The notes under the pieces: generated by a model
Told to the model about the DNA's origin: nothing
Database searches by the model: none
The model's input: the letters and a program-made list of their open reading frames with translations, nothing else
Shown: one piece after another, positions 47,140-60,080 of the stretch
Numbering within the stretch: the stretch's first letter is position 1
Layout of the letters: each line of letters begins with the position of its first letter
Position numbers and translations under genes: made by a program
Origin: Selaginella moellendorffii
Taxonomy: Eukaryota > Plantae > Lycopodiophyta
Length of the DNA stretch: 64,000 bases
NCBI RefSeq assembly: GCF_000143415.4
Contig: NW_003314269.1
Location: 869,246 to 933,245, forward strand
Reading direction: 5' to 3'

Positions 47140-48240
47140 TCAAAGCATTTCCTGCGAGCGTCTTACAATGCGGCTTACTTTTCTCTTGAATTCTTCTCTT
47201 CGCTCTCGCCACTCTTTCTGCCACCGAGAAAAAATAATCACATCATTCGTTAGATGATTGATCCACCGTGCACTTACCGCGGCATCGATGTTGGCTGGCG
47301 ATTCATCGTTGGGGCTCGAAAGCATCGAGATTATACTCAATAGAATGGTTTCTACCTGAGAAGCACACACGACGAGTAAGAAGTTTGAGAGCTCGAGATC
47401 AAGCACGCATACCGTGTGAACCGGAGACCATCGTTCGCTCGCCAGCTCGTAGCCATTGGGATCGTCTCCAGGAGCGTGAAGGATGGAGATGCAAACACGG
47501 CCGTCCGGATAGACTGCTCGCGAGATTCACAAAGTCAGCTAGAGAAGAGTTCCATCGGTAGAGCTTGGTTACCATTTGGATGCCACATATCGGAAGTGAA
47601 TCTCACACTGGGAGGACTGTTTGGATAATTCCCGGGAAAGCTCATGATCGCATTGAAATAGCCGCCTTCGCTGGACAAGAGCAAGAACAAAGAACAGGGA
47701 AAAAAAACACCACGAGGGAGAGCGTTAGATCCAATTGCACTGACAAACCACCAGGACGATCAGACATTAGGCTGGGAGAAATGAATGAAAGAAAGCCACA
47801 AGACAAAAGAGAAGACGAGACAAATCTCATGCCAGGGATAAAGTTGATTCATGGTTTTATAAAAAAATCTCCCACAGCGAGAGCGCTCGGTCGATTTGCA
47901 AAGGCCTGCAATCAATCACACATGAGGATTCAATCACAATTACCCGTGCCCTACGAGCGAAAGAAGCCAAGAACAAGGAAGAAACCACGCAAAGATGAAG
48001 ACACGAGGAGAGGAAGCTTTCACTTACTACAAGGTGTCCGGGGGGCCGATGATGGTCACGGCCCACTCAAACACATTGGAGTCGTCCACCAATCCCGCCG
48101 AGAAGCCATCCAGAGGATTTCTTGTCAAATCTGCCACGCCAAGATCAATCAGTCCACCGGCCACCGCGAAGCAAATTCACGAAAATGCCCTCACCTTTCA
48201 ACTGCTTGCGCAAGAGGAGGCTCGCCTGGCTCTCGCCCAT
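47140..48240 (-). CDS. UBC7: Ubiquitin-conjugating enzyme E2, UBC7/13/14 (UBE2G1) type
   Basis: [71 protein letters not shown] (acidic loop)..[20 protein letters not shown]. Confidence 0.93.
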
Positions 48241-48708
48241 TCCCCTACCGCCGCCGCCGCCCCGGCCCAGCTCGATCGATCGATTGGAATCCGGCTGGAG
48301 ATAGGGCTATATTACCGACAATCCAAACCCTGATCCTTGGAGCCGGGCAGCAAAGCGCATCGCATGTATGGATGCGCGCCGATCTCCCGCGATCCCCTCT
48401 CGATCGACCAAAGACGAGCGTCCTAGGGCGCCCGGGCGGAAGAAATGGGAGAAGAAAGAACACACTGTCAAGGAAGAACAAAACACACGTACGATCGTAG
48501 GGAAGGATATTCTTGGCCTTATCGAGCTGGGGGGGACGGAATATTTTCAGATCCCCGCCGTGGCGCAAGCGGAATATACTTGGTGACACGTGGGAAGCGT
48601 TGGCTCCGTGGATGTAGCCCCCTACACTGCAGGCTTCAACGGTCGCGATTATTTTCCCCCTTCGTGTGGGGCGATTTACAAGGCGGGCTAGGATTGGTAT
48701 ATGTATGC

Positions 48709-50538
48709 ATGTCAAAGAAGCGATCTAGAGGCGACGCTGATATATCCGATGAGGAAGAAGACCTAGGCGCCGGGAGCAGCGATCTTCTCGAGCGGCCCAG
48801 CATGGTATGTGATCGATCCGAATCCCCGTGGCCGCGCGGCGGCTCTCTAGATCGCATTGCGCTCTCTGCAAATCGATCGCTGGAGCTGGAGTGCGATCTC
48901 CTTGCCGGGATTTAGGTCTAACAGGGTTTTTGTGGGTTTTGCTGTGTTTTTTTAGGAGAACATATGGAAGGAGGCGTTCCCTGTTGGAACAGAGGTCGGT
49001 TTTTTTTCCTTGGATTTCTCTCGTCCTCGCCTCTTACTGTGTGGCTGATTCGATGAAAATGGTTTTGCGCAGTGGGACCAGTATGATAAACTTTACGAAG
49101 TGAACTGGGATTTCTCAAATCTCGAGGTATGCGATTCTCCTCCTTTTCTGGTGGATGGTTCTTACTGTGGAGCACTGCAGCGAGCATTTGAGGAAGGAGG
49201 ACAGCTCTATGGGAAGCGAGTGTATATGTTTGGCTGTACCGAACGTAAGCTAGCTTTGTTTCGTCGTATTGTTTCCTGAGTTTTTTTCTCTCGTGCGTAG
49301 CTCAACTCGTACAATTCCGGGATAACCATAAGGTGATTCACATTCCAGCCGTCGTTGCGGTACGTATTCTCTCTCTCTCTTTTTCGTTGCACTACAACTA
49401 TCGGATGTGCTCCATTCACAGGTGACGTCGCCGTTCCCTCCCTCGGACAAAGTCGGGATAAAATCAGTTCAGATGGAAGGTGAAATGATCGTCCCTATGA
49501 GAGAAATGAAGATGGACTGGATGCCTTACATACCGGAAGACGTTTTGACGTATGGCGTGAATCGAGTTTGACGCGCTTGTTACTGACTTTTCCTTCTCGC
49601 GCAGGCATAGTTCTTTGGAGCGATACAAGTGCGAGATTTTTACCCTGAAGTGCACTCAAAGAAGGTATGCATGCACTGGATAACGGATGTGTTTTGCTGA
49701 CGCTCGGTCTGGCTTTCAGAGTAGCTCTGAGGCATTTGAAAAAGGAGCGCATCAAGAAGTACGAGTACTGTCTGCCATGTAAGTGCGAGGATTTTATATC
49801 GTCCAAGTTTCTCACGCTACTCCACTTATAGATTTATACCGACCATGGAGGGAGGAAGAAAAGGAAGACGATACTGTTGTCTCTATTATGTTCACTATGG
49901 ATGAAGGAAAACCACCGGTATGGTTTTGTGGTTATTTGCAACTGGTTTTGATGCTTCTTTCCTTGTCCAGATTGTCACGCAATACGACTGGGCTTTTGAC
50001 GAACTCGAGGTAATCAATCTTCAGTCCCCTAATAAATATCCACCGAGTTCTCTTGTCAGGAGTTCACAACAAACCTTATCGACGAAGAAGCACTGCCAAA
50101 AGATGAGAGGGAAAAGTTCCAGGTATGAAAACTAGCTAGCCGTTTATGCAAGACAAGGATGGAAATGGATTTTACTTGTCGTACAGGAATGCATAATGGA
50201 AAACGTCAAGGCCGAGAAGAAGAGACAGAAAGAGGTGTGTGCTGTGGCATTCTCGTCGAGGATTTCTCACTAGCTTTGCGCTCTTGTTCCAGGCTCGATT
50301 GGCTCGGAAGAAAGCCATCGAAGAGATGAGCGAGGAGAAAAAGGCAGCTCTGGAGAACATGAAACTATACAAGTTCTACCCCGTGAAAACCGACGACACT
50401 CCTGATGTTGAGAACCTCAAGGTAGATCAAAGAAAAAAAATCAAACATTATGATTTCCCGGTGCTGATGTATGATCCCTCGCTGCCGCAGAGTCCTTTCA
50501 TCAACAGATACTACGGCAAGGCGGACGAGGTTCATTGA
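48709..50538 (+). CDS. HIT4: HEAT-INTOLERANT 4-like chromocenter protein
   Basis: WKEAFPVGTEWDQYDKLY..WDFSNLE, VYMFGCTEPQLV, SPFPPSDKVGIKSVQ, PMREMKMDW, CTQRR, ENMKLYKFYPV, SPFINRYYGKA. Confidence 0.88.
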
Positions 50539-50793
50539 TCCTCGGCAATCGCATTTTTATCTTGACAAGAAACAATTAGCTACGTAGAGAGGCTGAGAGG
50601 GGCGATCTAAAAATTCTTTTTTGTTCCTTGGATCTTTTTTTCCCCTCTTCCATCTCCCTCGATCGAGATGAAGCTCGGGAAAAAAAAATCTCGCTTGTAC
50701 CATCTGAGAACGAGGAAAAGAACTGATGAATTGTTGGTTTTTAAGATTTGATACTTGGATGGATGGAGACCCTAAATTCGAGTTTTTTTTGGA

Positions 50794-51995
50794 ATGCCCC
50801 TTGTGTGCCGTTTGCCTGCGCCTTCTTCTTTGCTTGGATCTCGGGCGTGGGCGATCAAGAGGTGCGCTGCTCCCATCCGATCCAGGCGAGCAATCGCAAT
50901 GCAGGCGTCGTCCCAGCTCGTCGAGGCGCTGGATCCCGTCCAGAAGCGTCTCATGTTTGAGGATGAGTAAGCTTTGACTCTCTTCTTTATCTTGCTCGTG
51001 TTTCAAAGTTCGCAAATCTATCGGAGTGATTCTTTTGCTCTTGGTTTTGAGGCAAGGATCTGACGCTCGCTCTTGTGTTGTGTCTAAGGTGTATCCTGGT
51101 GGACGAGAAGGACAATGTCGTCGGCCATGACTCCAAGTATAACTGTAAGAGAATAGCCAGAAAAAAAAAACCGGAAGTCGTGTTTTTTTCTTCTTCTTCT
51201 TCGTGAAGGTCATTTGATGGAGAAGATCGAGACCGGGAAAATGTTGCATCGTGCATTCAGTGTGTTTTTGTTCAACTCCAAAAACGAGCTGCTGCTCCAG
51301 GTGATCGATCGAGTCTTTCTTTTCTTTTCATTTCTCTCATACGATTGTTGTTGGATTTGATGCCCAGCAACGCTCGTCGACCAAGGTGACGTTCCCTCTG
51401 GTGTGGACGAACACATGTTGTAGCCACCCTCTCTATCGAGAGTCGGAGATGATTTTCGAGAACCAAATGGGTAAACAAGCTTGTTTTCTTAGCTAGTGCT
51501 TCCTCACTCACACACACACACACACACACCCACAGGAGTAAGAAACGCTGCGCAAAGGAAGCTTTTTGATGAGCTCGGTATCGCAGCAGCCGACTCCCCG
51601 GTGGACGCCTTCACTTTTCTGGGCCGGATCCTCTACAAGGCTCCATCAGACGGAAAGTGGGGGGAGCACGAACGTAAGTTACAAACTTGCTCGTGATTTC
51701 TCCAGGATTTCCAGGCTTAAATCCTTGGTTTCTCGCAGTGGACTACTTGCTGTTCTTGAAGCGAGATGAGGTAGCAGTGAATCCAAACCCGGACGAAGTC
51801 GCGGCGGTGAGGTACGTGAACCAGGCGGAGCTCAAGGAGCTGGTGAGGCAGGCGGACGCGGGAGAGGGCGGCATCAAGCTCTCTCCCTGGTTTCGCCTCA
51901 TCGTGGACAACTTCTTGTACAAGTGGTGGAGTTTGCTCGAGGAAGGCAAGCTGGGCGAGGCAGTGGATGAGAGCACCGTGCACTGGCTTTTGTAG
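50794..51995 (+). CDS. IDI: Isopentenyl-diphosphate delta-isomerase type 1
   Basis: [91 protein letters not shown]. Confidence 0.95.
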
Positions 51996-52686
51996 TGGAG
52001 CTAGACAAATTCATGGGAGACAAGCATGGAAGCATTTCAATAAACAGAGCAAGTGGATAAACATATTGATAATTTGTTGTAGCATTGGTTATTTTTCATA
52101 ATTCCCCTCTGTGTGCTTTGGGCCTGGGAGAGTCCTCCCTTCCTCCGTCACATGGCAGGCGCCTCCTCTTTCTCGCTGTATGATGGTGATCCTTGCCAAG
52201 CAGCTGACCCTTGCTAAGCAGCCGCACTGCCCCCTAGGCCTATCTCCCTTAGAAGCTTGGAGGCTCCCCTTGCTCAATAAGCATGTGGATATGGTCTTTG
52301 TCCATGGACTGAACAGCATGACCTGACTAAACACTAGAGCAAGTGCTAGGGAAGCCAAAAAACCCTTGCACAACCCAACCCACCCCCACCATCAATACTA
52401 AGGAGGCCCCCCTTGTGCCACCAACCAAAGGCCACAAGCACTCATACATGTGACATTGCCTAAACATTCCTTGCATCTAGGTCACCGATCGAATAACACC
52501 TGGACAGATGGTGAATGTGCTTGCCACCAAAGTGGGTGAGTACCATTTCCTTTGGCCAGTGGCATAGGAAAGCCCACAAAGTGAGGCATGCAATGGGAGC
52601 CAACTCTTGTTTATATAGATGGGCAGCCATAGTTCAACCTCAACCAAAACCCCCCCTATCATCTTACAGGTAAGAAAGTCCCTCCC

Positions 52687-52900
52687 CTTTCTAGAATAAC
52701 AACTTTTGGCCTTTTGTCCCATAAAAAGCTTGAGATTGAGTATGAGCAAGAGCCAAGTGAGCCCGAGTTCAAGTGCTTATTTGAGCCTAAGTTCAAGCTC
52801 AAGCCTCTTTCTAAAATGACAACTTTTGGCCTTTTGTCCATAAAAAGTTTGAGCTTGAGTATGAGCAAGAGTCAAGTAAGCCTGAGTTTGAGCTCAAGTT
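52687..52900. repeat. Imperfect ~120-bp-period tandem duplication
   Basis: acaacttttggccttttgtcc..gagtatgagcaagag occurs at ~52699-52752 and ~52819-52871. Confidence 0.75.
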
Positions 52901-52956
52901 TGTCTGAGCTAAAACTTTAGCAGAGTGTAACACATTTTATCTCTCTCCATTTCCAC

Positions 52957-53222
52957 ATTCTATCTCTCACACTCTATCTTTCTCTATTTCTGTATTGAAT
53001 CTACCAATTGTTTTGAGCATTTTTGCATTGAATCTACACTTTGCTAAAGTTCTAGCTTAGAAAGATTGATGGGGCTATAGTACGGGTGAATAACTAATTG
53101 CCTTACATAGAATAGTTGATTCACATAATGGAAGGATTGGTAAATTTATTCCAATTTACACAATAGAAGGATTAGTAAATTCATTTCGGAAATAGAGAGA
53201 GATAGAGTGCGGGAGAGTGGAT
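52957..53222. mobile_element. Putative MITE (~265 bp) with ~45-bp imperfect terminal inverted repeats
   Basis: tctctcacactctatctttctctatttctgtattgaatctaccaat (~52963-53008) versus the reverse complement of attagtaaattcatttcggaaatagagagagatagagtgcgggaga (~53171-53216). Confidence 0.55.
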
Positions 53223-54342
53223 ACCTTTGTCCATAAGCCCAAGGTATATTATGTACTCTATACATATATTATATTATATAAGGGAATATACTTTACTTAA
53301 GGGTATATTATGTTTTAAGTACCCACTAATTAATAGAAATTAAACCCGTGCCATTTGCTTTAATACCACAAATACTGCATCTTCCTTAATTCAACTAAAA
53401 AAAAAACAATTACTTAATGAGAAAGCCCTTAGTACTTATTTTATCCCTATTTATCCCCAAAGGTTCCAAGGATCCATAATGACAAGTATATCAAAATCTC
53501 ATCCCATAATCACATGCATTACATAGAAAGTGTAGAGTCGGGCATCCAACATCTAACCTCAACTACCCAACATTCTATACTTTACTATTCTTCTCTCTAT
53601 TTGATTTTTTCAAGTAATTATCATTAACTTGTGGAGTCCCTAAATTTGTGTGTGTGATGTAAGGTAAAGAATAGGAGTCTGATGTGAGGTTTCAGTCAAA
53701 TTACTCATTGAGTCAGATATGAGATATTATTTTTAGAGCACCAAGATATCAATGTATTCTAGATAATTGACTACTTGTTTATTCTAGTACTTTGAAAATA
53801 TCAAAAATGTTCAAAGTAAAATAACTTGCAAGGAAGGGAAGAACATTATCAAAAAGAAGTTACACTAGATTAAAGGATTGCATATATCACTGAATGGGCT
53901 CTTATGCACCAAGGACAACCTTTCAAGCCTTTAAATTTCAAAGCTTGATCATACTTCTCTTTTCAGAAGGAAAAAAAAGTAATTTTCCAAACAAGTTGCA
54001 GAGTAAGAGGACAAAACCACTTGTGGAGTGTTTTTGACATACAGTGTTGAAGAAAAACCATGATTGGAGAGGTAAACTCTTGAGTTCTTAGAAACTTGAT
54101 TCTTCTGTCCAAAACTATTTTGCAATACTTTATAGATATACAACTTGATGGGAGTGAGCACATTTAACCCATTTGTTAGAAACGCTTAGAGAGAATAGAA
54201 CAAGAAGGTGCCAAAGTGGTTAGTGTTTTGTTGATATAGTTTTTGTTGTGCAATTCTAAGAGTAATTTACTTTCCAAGGTTCACACCACCATTGCCAATG
54301 TTGATGAAGTTGTTTGAGGGCTTCCTGCTTTTAGAAGTTTGT

Positions 54343-57300
54343 TGTCACGATCCTCAACAAGATCAAGACTGGAAAATGCAAAAGACAAAGAGAAAAGCTA
54401 GTGGAAAGAAACAAGAAACCCTAGACTGGTGTTGATTCAGATTGTGGAGAAATGGAACAAGGCTAACCTATATATACTATAGGTTGATGAAGCTCAACCA
54501 CTCTTGGATCGAGGACGGCCTAAATATAACTGAGGTTGAGGAGGTGCCACATCATCATCAGGAATGTGGTCTGTAGGTCAGGAATCCGGCGAGAGTCAGG
54601 AATGTAGCAAGAATTGGGGGATTCCTGACAACACCCCCTCCTCAAGAACGAGTGGAACGAGGATGTGAACGAGAACGACGAGGAGGATGAGATGAGTGGC
54701 GAGGGATGGGAGATGGAGAAAAAGAATGAGGACTGGGACGAGAAGGATAGCGGCGGTGGAAGTCCTGAACAAGGTCAGGAGAATGAATCAGGTTGTCCGC
54801 AGGTTCCCAAGTGTGTTCCTCAGGTCCATAACCCTTCCAGTCGACCAGATAGTAGAGTTTAGACTGTGAAATCTTGGAATCAAGGATGTCCTGAACCTCG
54901 TACTCAGACCCATCCTCGAGTTGCACTGGTGGAGGCAGAGGAATGACCCGATTTGGAATAGGACTGGGAATATAAGGCTCAAGGAGAGAGGAGTGAAAAA
55001 CAGGGTGAATTTGATATGAGGAGGGAAGTGCAAGGTGATAAGTGACAGGATTAATGATGGTAGTGATAGAGAAAGGACTGAGGTGCTTGAAATCAAGTTT
55101 TGGACAAGGCCTGGTGGTGGAGATATTTCACCTAAGGAGCCAGACTTTATCCCCGATATTGTAAGGGGGACAATCCTGACGATGGACATTGGCAAATGTT
55201 TTGTGAGATTCCTGAGCACGATGGAGGTGGAAGGAGATGGAATTGTGGATTTCCTGGAGGTTGGAGACAAATGCCTCAGAGTGGGGATTTGAACGAGAGG
55301 ATTCAGATGGAGAGGGAAGTGAGAGATTGAATTGGGGATTTCGGCCAGAGTTCACAAAGAAAGGGGAAATTCGAAGAGAGGAGTGAACAGAGTTGTTATA
55401 GGAGAACTCAGCAAAGGGAAGGATATCAAACCAGTTATCCTGATGATAGTTCATGAAGCACCTCAAGAATTGTTTCAATGTCTGAATCATTCATTCGGAC
55501 TGTCCATCAGTTTGAGGATGATACGCCGAAGAGAGGTTGGCCTTCACTCCAAGCAACTGCAAAAACTGTTGCCAGAAATGAGAGATGAACTGAGGCCCCC
55601 AATTCGAAACCACATCTGTAGGAATCCCATGAAGTCGGAAAATTTCCCTGAATACCAGTTTTGCCATGTCCTCGCCCGAAAACTCCTTGGTACATGGCAA
55701 AAAGTGCGCCATCTTTGTGAAGCGATCTACCACGACTAAAATGCTGTTGAAGCCTCCAGAACTCGGAAGATCACTCAAGAAATCCATGGAGATGGATTCC
55801 CAAGGACCTGAAGGGACCGGGAGGGAACGAAGCAAACCTAAAGGAAGGTGGCGAGGTACCTTATTCTGGGTGCAAGTGTCACAGGAGGTAACAAAAGCTT
55901 TGATGTAGTCGTTCATGTGAGGCCACCAAAAGTCCCGTGCAACTAGCTCATAGGTTTTCGCAATGCCGAAGTGACCAGCAGTCGGGCTATCGTGGCATGC
56001 CATTAGGACCAATCTTCGAGCATCACCTTCAGGAACGTAAAGCTACTCCCCATGGTACAATAAGCCATCTAAGAACTCGAACTCATCAAATCGCCAGCAG
56101 TCGGGAGTCACTGGGTGTCCAGCTTGAAGATGGGGGAAAATGTCGCTGGCAAGATCATCGGATTGAAGATCGTTTCTGATCGCATCCATCAAGGAGGAGT
56201 CCTGAGGGGCCAGGGAAATTGCCATAACTTGAAGCTAATCAAGACCAAGAATAACTTGATCCTATTGATCGAAGGCAGGATTACTAGGCCTGAGATTGAG
56301 ATAAGAGCGCCTTGAAAGAGCATCAGGAAGGCCTTGAAGCTTTCTAGGTCTGTACTTGATAACAAAGTCAAACCGACTCAGGAATTGTGCCCACCTTGCT
56401 TGACAACGGCTTAAAACTCGGGAAGTGGCAAAGTACTCAAGATTTTTGTGATCCATCCAGACTGTTGTTTGATGGCCCGCCCCTTCCAAGAAATGGCGCC
56501 ACTCTCCAAAGGAATCCACGATGGCAAGGAGCTCCTTGTCGTGGATTTTGTAATTGATCTCCACAGGCTGGAATTTCCGAGAATGGAAAGCGACCAGATG
56601 AAGTTCTTGATCCGCTCCGAGTTGAGACAGCACAACACCGATGGCAAAGTCGGAGGTGTCAGCCTCGATGAAGAAAGGTTGTGAGGAATCAGCATGGATC
56701 AAAACGGGAGCAGAACTGAAGGCCACCTTGAGTGTGTCGAAGGCTTGCTAGGTAGCAGCAGACCAAGAGAAGGGAACATCCTTGCGAGTGAGATGCGTGA
56801 GAGGAAGGACAATGTCAGAGTAGTGATCAATGAATTTGCGGTAGAAGTTGGCGAAGCCAAGGAAAACCTGAATGTCCAACATTGATTGTGGAGACTCCCA
56901 TTCGAGAATAGTCTTGACTTTGGCAGGATCCATCGTGATACCCTCAAGAGTAACAATGTACCCAAGGACTGCTGATCGAAGGAACATTTCTCAAGCTTCG
57001 CGTATAGGCCGTGTTCTCGCAGCTTCGCCAGCACCTTGTGTACATGTTCGTCGTGCTCCTCCTGAGTTTTTGAGTAGATGAGGATGTCATTGAGGTAGAC
57101 GATCACCATCTGATCAAGAAACTCCCGAAAGACATTGTTCGCCATGTGTTGGAAAACTGTTGGAGCATTTATCATGCCAAATGGCATGACAGTGTACTCG
57201 AAGTGGCCATAGCGGGTTCGGAACACAGTCTTCCATTCATCACCAGGCCGGATCCGGATCAGGTTGTATGCTCCACGGAGGTCGATCTTGGTGAAGAAGA

Positions 57301-59552
57301 GGGCACCGCCGAGGCATTCCAACAGGTCCGAGATCAGGGGCAGCAGATAACGGTTCCGAACAGTCACCTTGTTCAAACCTCGGTAGTCGATGACTAGTTG
57401 CAAACTCCCATCCTTCTTCTTGACAAAGAAGACAGGCGCTCCAGCCGGGGACTGCGAATGTTGAATGTACCCCGAGGCAAGGTTTTCATCCACGTACTCT
57501 TTGAGGGCCTTAAGCTCCGACGGGGATAACCTGTAGATAGGCCCCCATGGAGGTGACGCTCCTTCCTGTAAATCAATGGGACAGTCATAAGGCTGATGAA
57601 CAGCCAGTACACTAGCTTTTTTCTTGTCAAACACATCCCCAAAATCATGATACTTCTCAGGAAGACTGACAGGAGAAACATGCAAAGCAAAAGGAAAATA
57701 AGTTCTTCATGAAAGAGTTCTTTCATAGTGATTGTGGAGATAGAAGGAGGTGTATGACTAAATGGAATGATGAGACGAGGATACTATCCAATGTAAGATA
57801 GAAGAGAGGAAAAAGAAGAGGGTGAAAACTTCGTAGAGTCAGGAATAGAACCCCGATTTGAGTTTAGGGAACTTTTCTTGATTCGGACTCGATGAACAGC
57901 AGGGGAAGCCGTGGGAGATGGTGATGTGGGAGAGATGAGCTGTAATTCCTTCCAACAGATCTGAGGCTGATGTAGTTGGAACCAAGGAAGACCGAGCACC
58001 ACAGAGGAGGACTTGCTGTTGATGATGTTGAAGGCGATATCGGTGACGGTGGACCCGATGTGTACTCGAACGGGCAACGTTTCCCTAAGTCCAGAAGATG
58101 GAGACACAAAATGCCCTCTGATGCCTTCAACCCTTAGATCCCGTATGGTAGGAGAAAGAGGAATGTGATGTCGGGCAGCAAAGTCCGTGTCCATGAAGCA
58201 GGAAGTTGCACCCGAGTCTAGTAGCGCTAGAGCCTTGAATCCTGATTGTCCGGTGAAAAAAAGGAGACATGGGACGCGGAAGTTACGGGAATTGGTGGTG
58301 GCTTTGATGAAAGGTGGTGAGGAGCTTGATAAAGAGGAAAAATGATTTTTATTACTCGAGCAGTCGGGGAGGCTTCTTGGGACACACAGCTGCTTTGTGA
58401 TTAGGATCAGCACAGTAGAGGCAAAGATTATGAGATATTCGACGTTGTTTCTCAGTAGGACTCAACTTCCCTCTAATGAGTCGGGGAGTACCAGAAATAT
58501 CCATCAGGACTGGAGCAGTAGGTTCAAGAGTATGCCCCGAAGACTCAAGCTGGGATTCCTGAGTCTGGGACGGAAAAACAGCAGCGCGGCGACTTTCCTA
58601 ACGACGTTCAAAGAGACGATTGTCACATCGAACAACTTTGTTGATGGCGTCCAATAGGTCCTTGGGATCCTCCATGGTGAGCAACAAATCCTTGACACCG
58701 TTGTTGAGGCCGAAACGAAATTGGTCAATCAGGGCCCGCTCATCCCACTGAGTGTCCAAAGCAAGGAGTTGGAACTCTGCAGCGTAGATCGAGGCAGGAC
58801 GAGACCCCTGAGAGAGACGTCTCATCTTTGTGGTAGCAGCCCGAACCCGATCCATCTCACTAAAACATGCTTCGAGCTTCTCTTTGAACAATTGAAGATC
58901 CATCAACTCTGGAACCACGACCCCTTTCATGCTCTTCTCTAGAAGAGGAAAAAACCATGACAAAGCTGCACCTTCGAGCAACGTCCCAATCGCGCCGATT
59001 TGAGACTCGGGAGTGGGTACCGCTGATGTTGAAGTGCAAAGATCAGCTCCATCTGGTTCAGAAATTCACGAAGCTCCGAACGCTCGCATGAAAATTTCGC
59101 CAGGAAACTCACCTTCGGTTCAGGAACTTTGTTGGATCCTTGAGCCAAAAGTGAAGCAAGCTCCTGCTGCATGCAAAGAAGGGTTGCCTTTAGCTCGGTA
59201 TTCTCAGACTGGATTTTTGCAAGGACTTCGGCAAAGAAATCAGGATGGCTTGGAGACTCCATCAGCAAGAAGAAAGAAAAAGGGGGACAAGATCAAGACT
59301 GGAAAATGCAAAAGACAAAGAGAAAAGCTAGTGGAAAGAAAGAAGAAGCCTTAGACTGGTGTTGATTCAGATTGTGGAGAAATGGAACAAGGCTAACCTA
59401 TATATACTATAGGTTGATGAAGCTCTAGGATCAAGGACGGCCTAAATATAACTGAGGTCGAGGAGGCACCACATCATCATCAGGAATGTGGTCTGTAGGT
59501 CAAGAATCTAGCGAGAGTCAAGAATGTAGCAAGAATTGGGAGATTCCTAACA
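54343..59552 (-). mobile_element. Chromoviral Ty3/gypsy element, Tcn1-like, inactivated
   Basis: 5-bp TSD TTTGT (54338-54342 / 59553-59557). LTRs at 54343-54630 and ~59287-59552; PPT GAGGAGGGGGTGT. Gag, LLDSGAT protease, RT with YLND (D>N), RH, integrase and chromodomain EYEVQDILDS..YYLVDWKGYGPEEHTWEP. Several stops and frameshifts. Confidence 0.95.
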
Positions 59553-59651
59553 TTTGTAACCCACATCTATTGTCTACAGGGCAAAGGTGTCTACAATCAA
59601 AGGCTGCAAAACATTGCCATCATAGTTGACAAGGTAAATGTTCCTATTTTT

Positions 59652-60080
59652 ACATATACATATACACATATATACATATACATATATACATATACATATA
59701 CACATATACATACACATATACATATACACATATACATATACATACACATACANNNNNNNNNNNNNNNNNNNNNNNNNNNNNNNNNNNNNNNNNNNNNNNN
59801 NNNNNNNNNNNNNNNNNNNNNNNNNNNNNNNNNNNNNNNNNNNNNNNNNNNNAGTATAGGTATATAGGTATATGTATATATGTATATATATATGTGTATA
59901 TGTGTATATGTATATAGGTATGTGTATGTATATGTATATATGTATGTGTATATATGTATATGTATATGTATATGTGTATATGTATATGTATATGTGTATG
60001 TATGTGTATGTATGTGTCTGTATGTGTATGTATGTGTATGTATGTGTATGTATGTATGTGTATGTATGTGTATGTATGTA
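59652..60080. repeat. Compound (TA/CA/TG) microsatellite spanning a 100-N assembly gap
   Basis: tacata/tatgtg arrays; Ns at 59753-59852. Confidence 0.95.

Noticed and set aside
1-51995. Stress-gene cluster (SDIR1, HsfB, PER1, WI12, HIT4) and two fucosyltransferase-type genes
   Set aside because: Unrelated families in a gene-dense genome; GT10 and GT106 are not paralogs; no sequence evidence of co-regulation.
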